A stretch of DNA of 64,000 nt, from assembly GCA_903813345.2 (NCBI GenBank), contig CAIIXF020000001.1:40796001-40860000 (forward strand), read 5' to 3'. This DNA is from Owenia fusiformis (lineage: Eukaryota). The notes under the pieces are model-generated. The model had not been told where the DNA came from. It saw only the letters and a program-made list of their open reading frames with translations, and made no database searches. Both the position numbers and the translations under genes were made by a program. Positions 63,711 through 64,000 of this stretch are shown in pieces; the first letter of the stretch is position 1; the number at the start of each line of letters is the position of its first letter.

Positions 63711-64000
63711 CGTAAATATGTAGAATAAACTGTTTATACTATCTCATTTTGATTATACAATATATTTTGTTACAAAATCAAAAAATACATCTACATATGT
63801 ATCGAAATTACTTGTTCCCTGGGGGTAAATTCAGCATAAATTTAGAACTTTATTTTGAGGATGCATATCCGGTGATGTCACGCGAATGAATAAATTAGTC
63901 CCAAGGTCGAATCCAATATTATATTTACGCTGGACCGATTGATATTCATTTTACGAATTTACTGTATTAGAATGGTTAAAAGAACGTAAAATCCTGATTA

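Overview
AT-rich animal genomic DNA, probably from a mollusc or other lophotrochozoan (inferred from the repeat landscape). Most ORFs in the supplied track are spurious. Manual splice-aware reading gives three genes. (1) The last coding exon of a heterotrimeric G-protein gamma subunit (+, 4311-4531, ending in CAAX 'CVIL'). (2) A GADD45-family gene (-, 18254-30931) lying tail-to-tail with it. It has two candidate alternative first exons and promoters, an overlapping uORF, an intron 34 nt after the stop and an AU-rich 3' UTR. (3) A complete 10-exon SMAP1/2-type ArfGAP gene (-, 44613-63599, 482 aa) whose intron 3 has U12 (minor spliceosome) signals. The rest is dense with mobile DNA: Transib-, Tc1/mariner-, Sola-, Kolobok- and 6-bp-TSD hAT-like MITEs (one nested), a fossil mariner, a recent 5'-truncated L1/Tx1 LINE with a 14-bp TSD, tRNA-derived SINEs, and Helentron-associated (HINE-like) elements whose modules and termini appear to seed local satellites. 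The most interesting observations are the convergent GNG-GADD45 pair (as in vertebrate GNG12-GADD45A and GNG7-GADD45B), the layered regulation of GADD45, a CCC-UGA stop whose +1 frame restores the conserved 'LPE' end and continues into the next exon, and the U12 intron. No database searches were run, so family assignments rest on recognised motifs.
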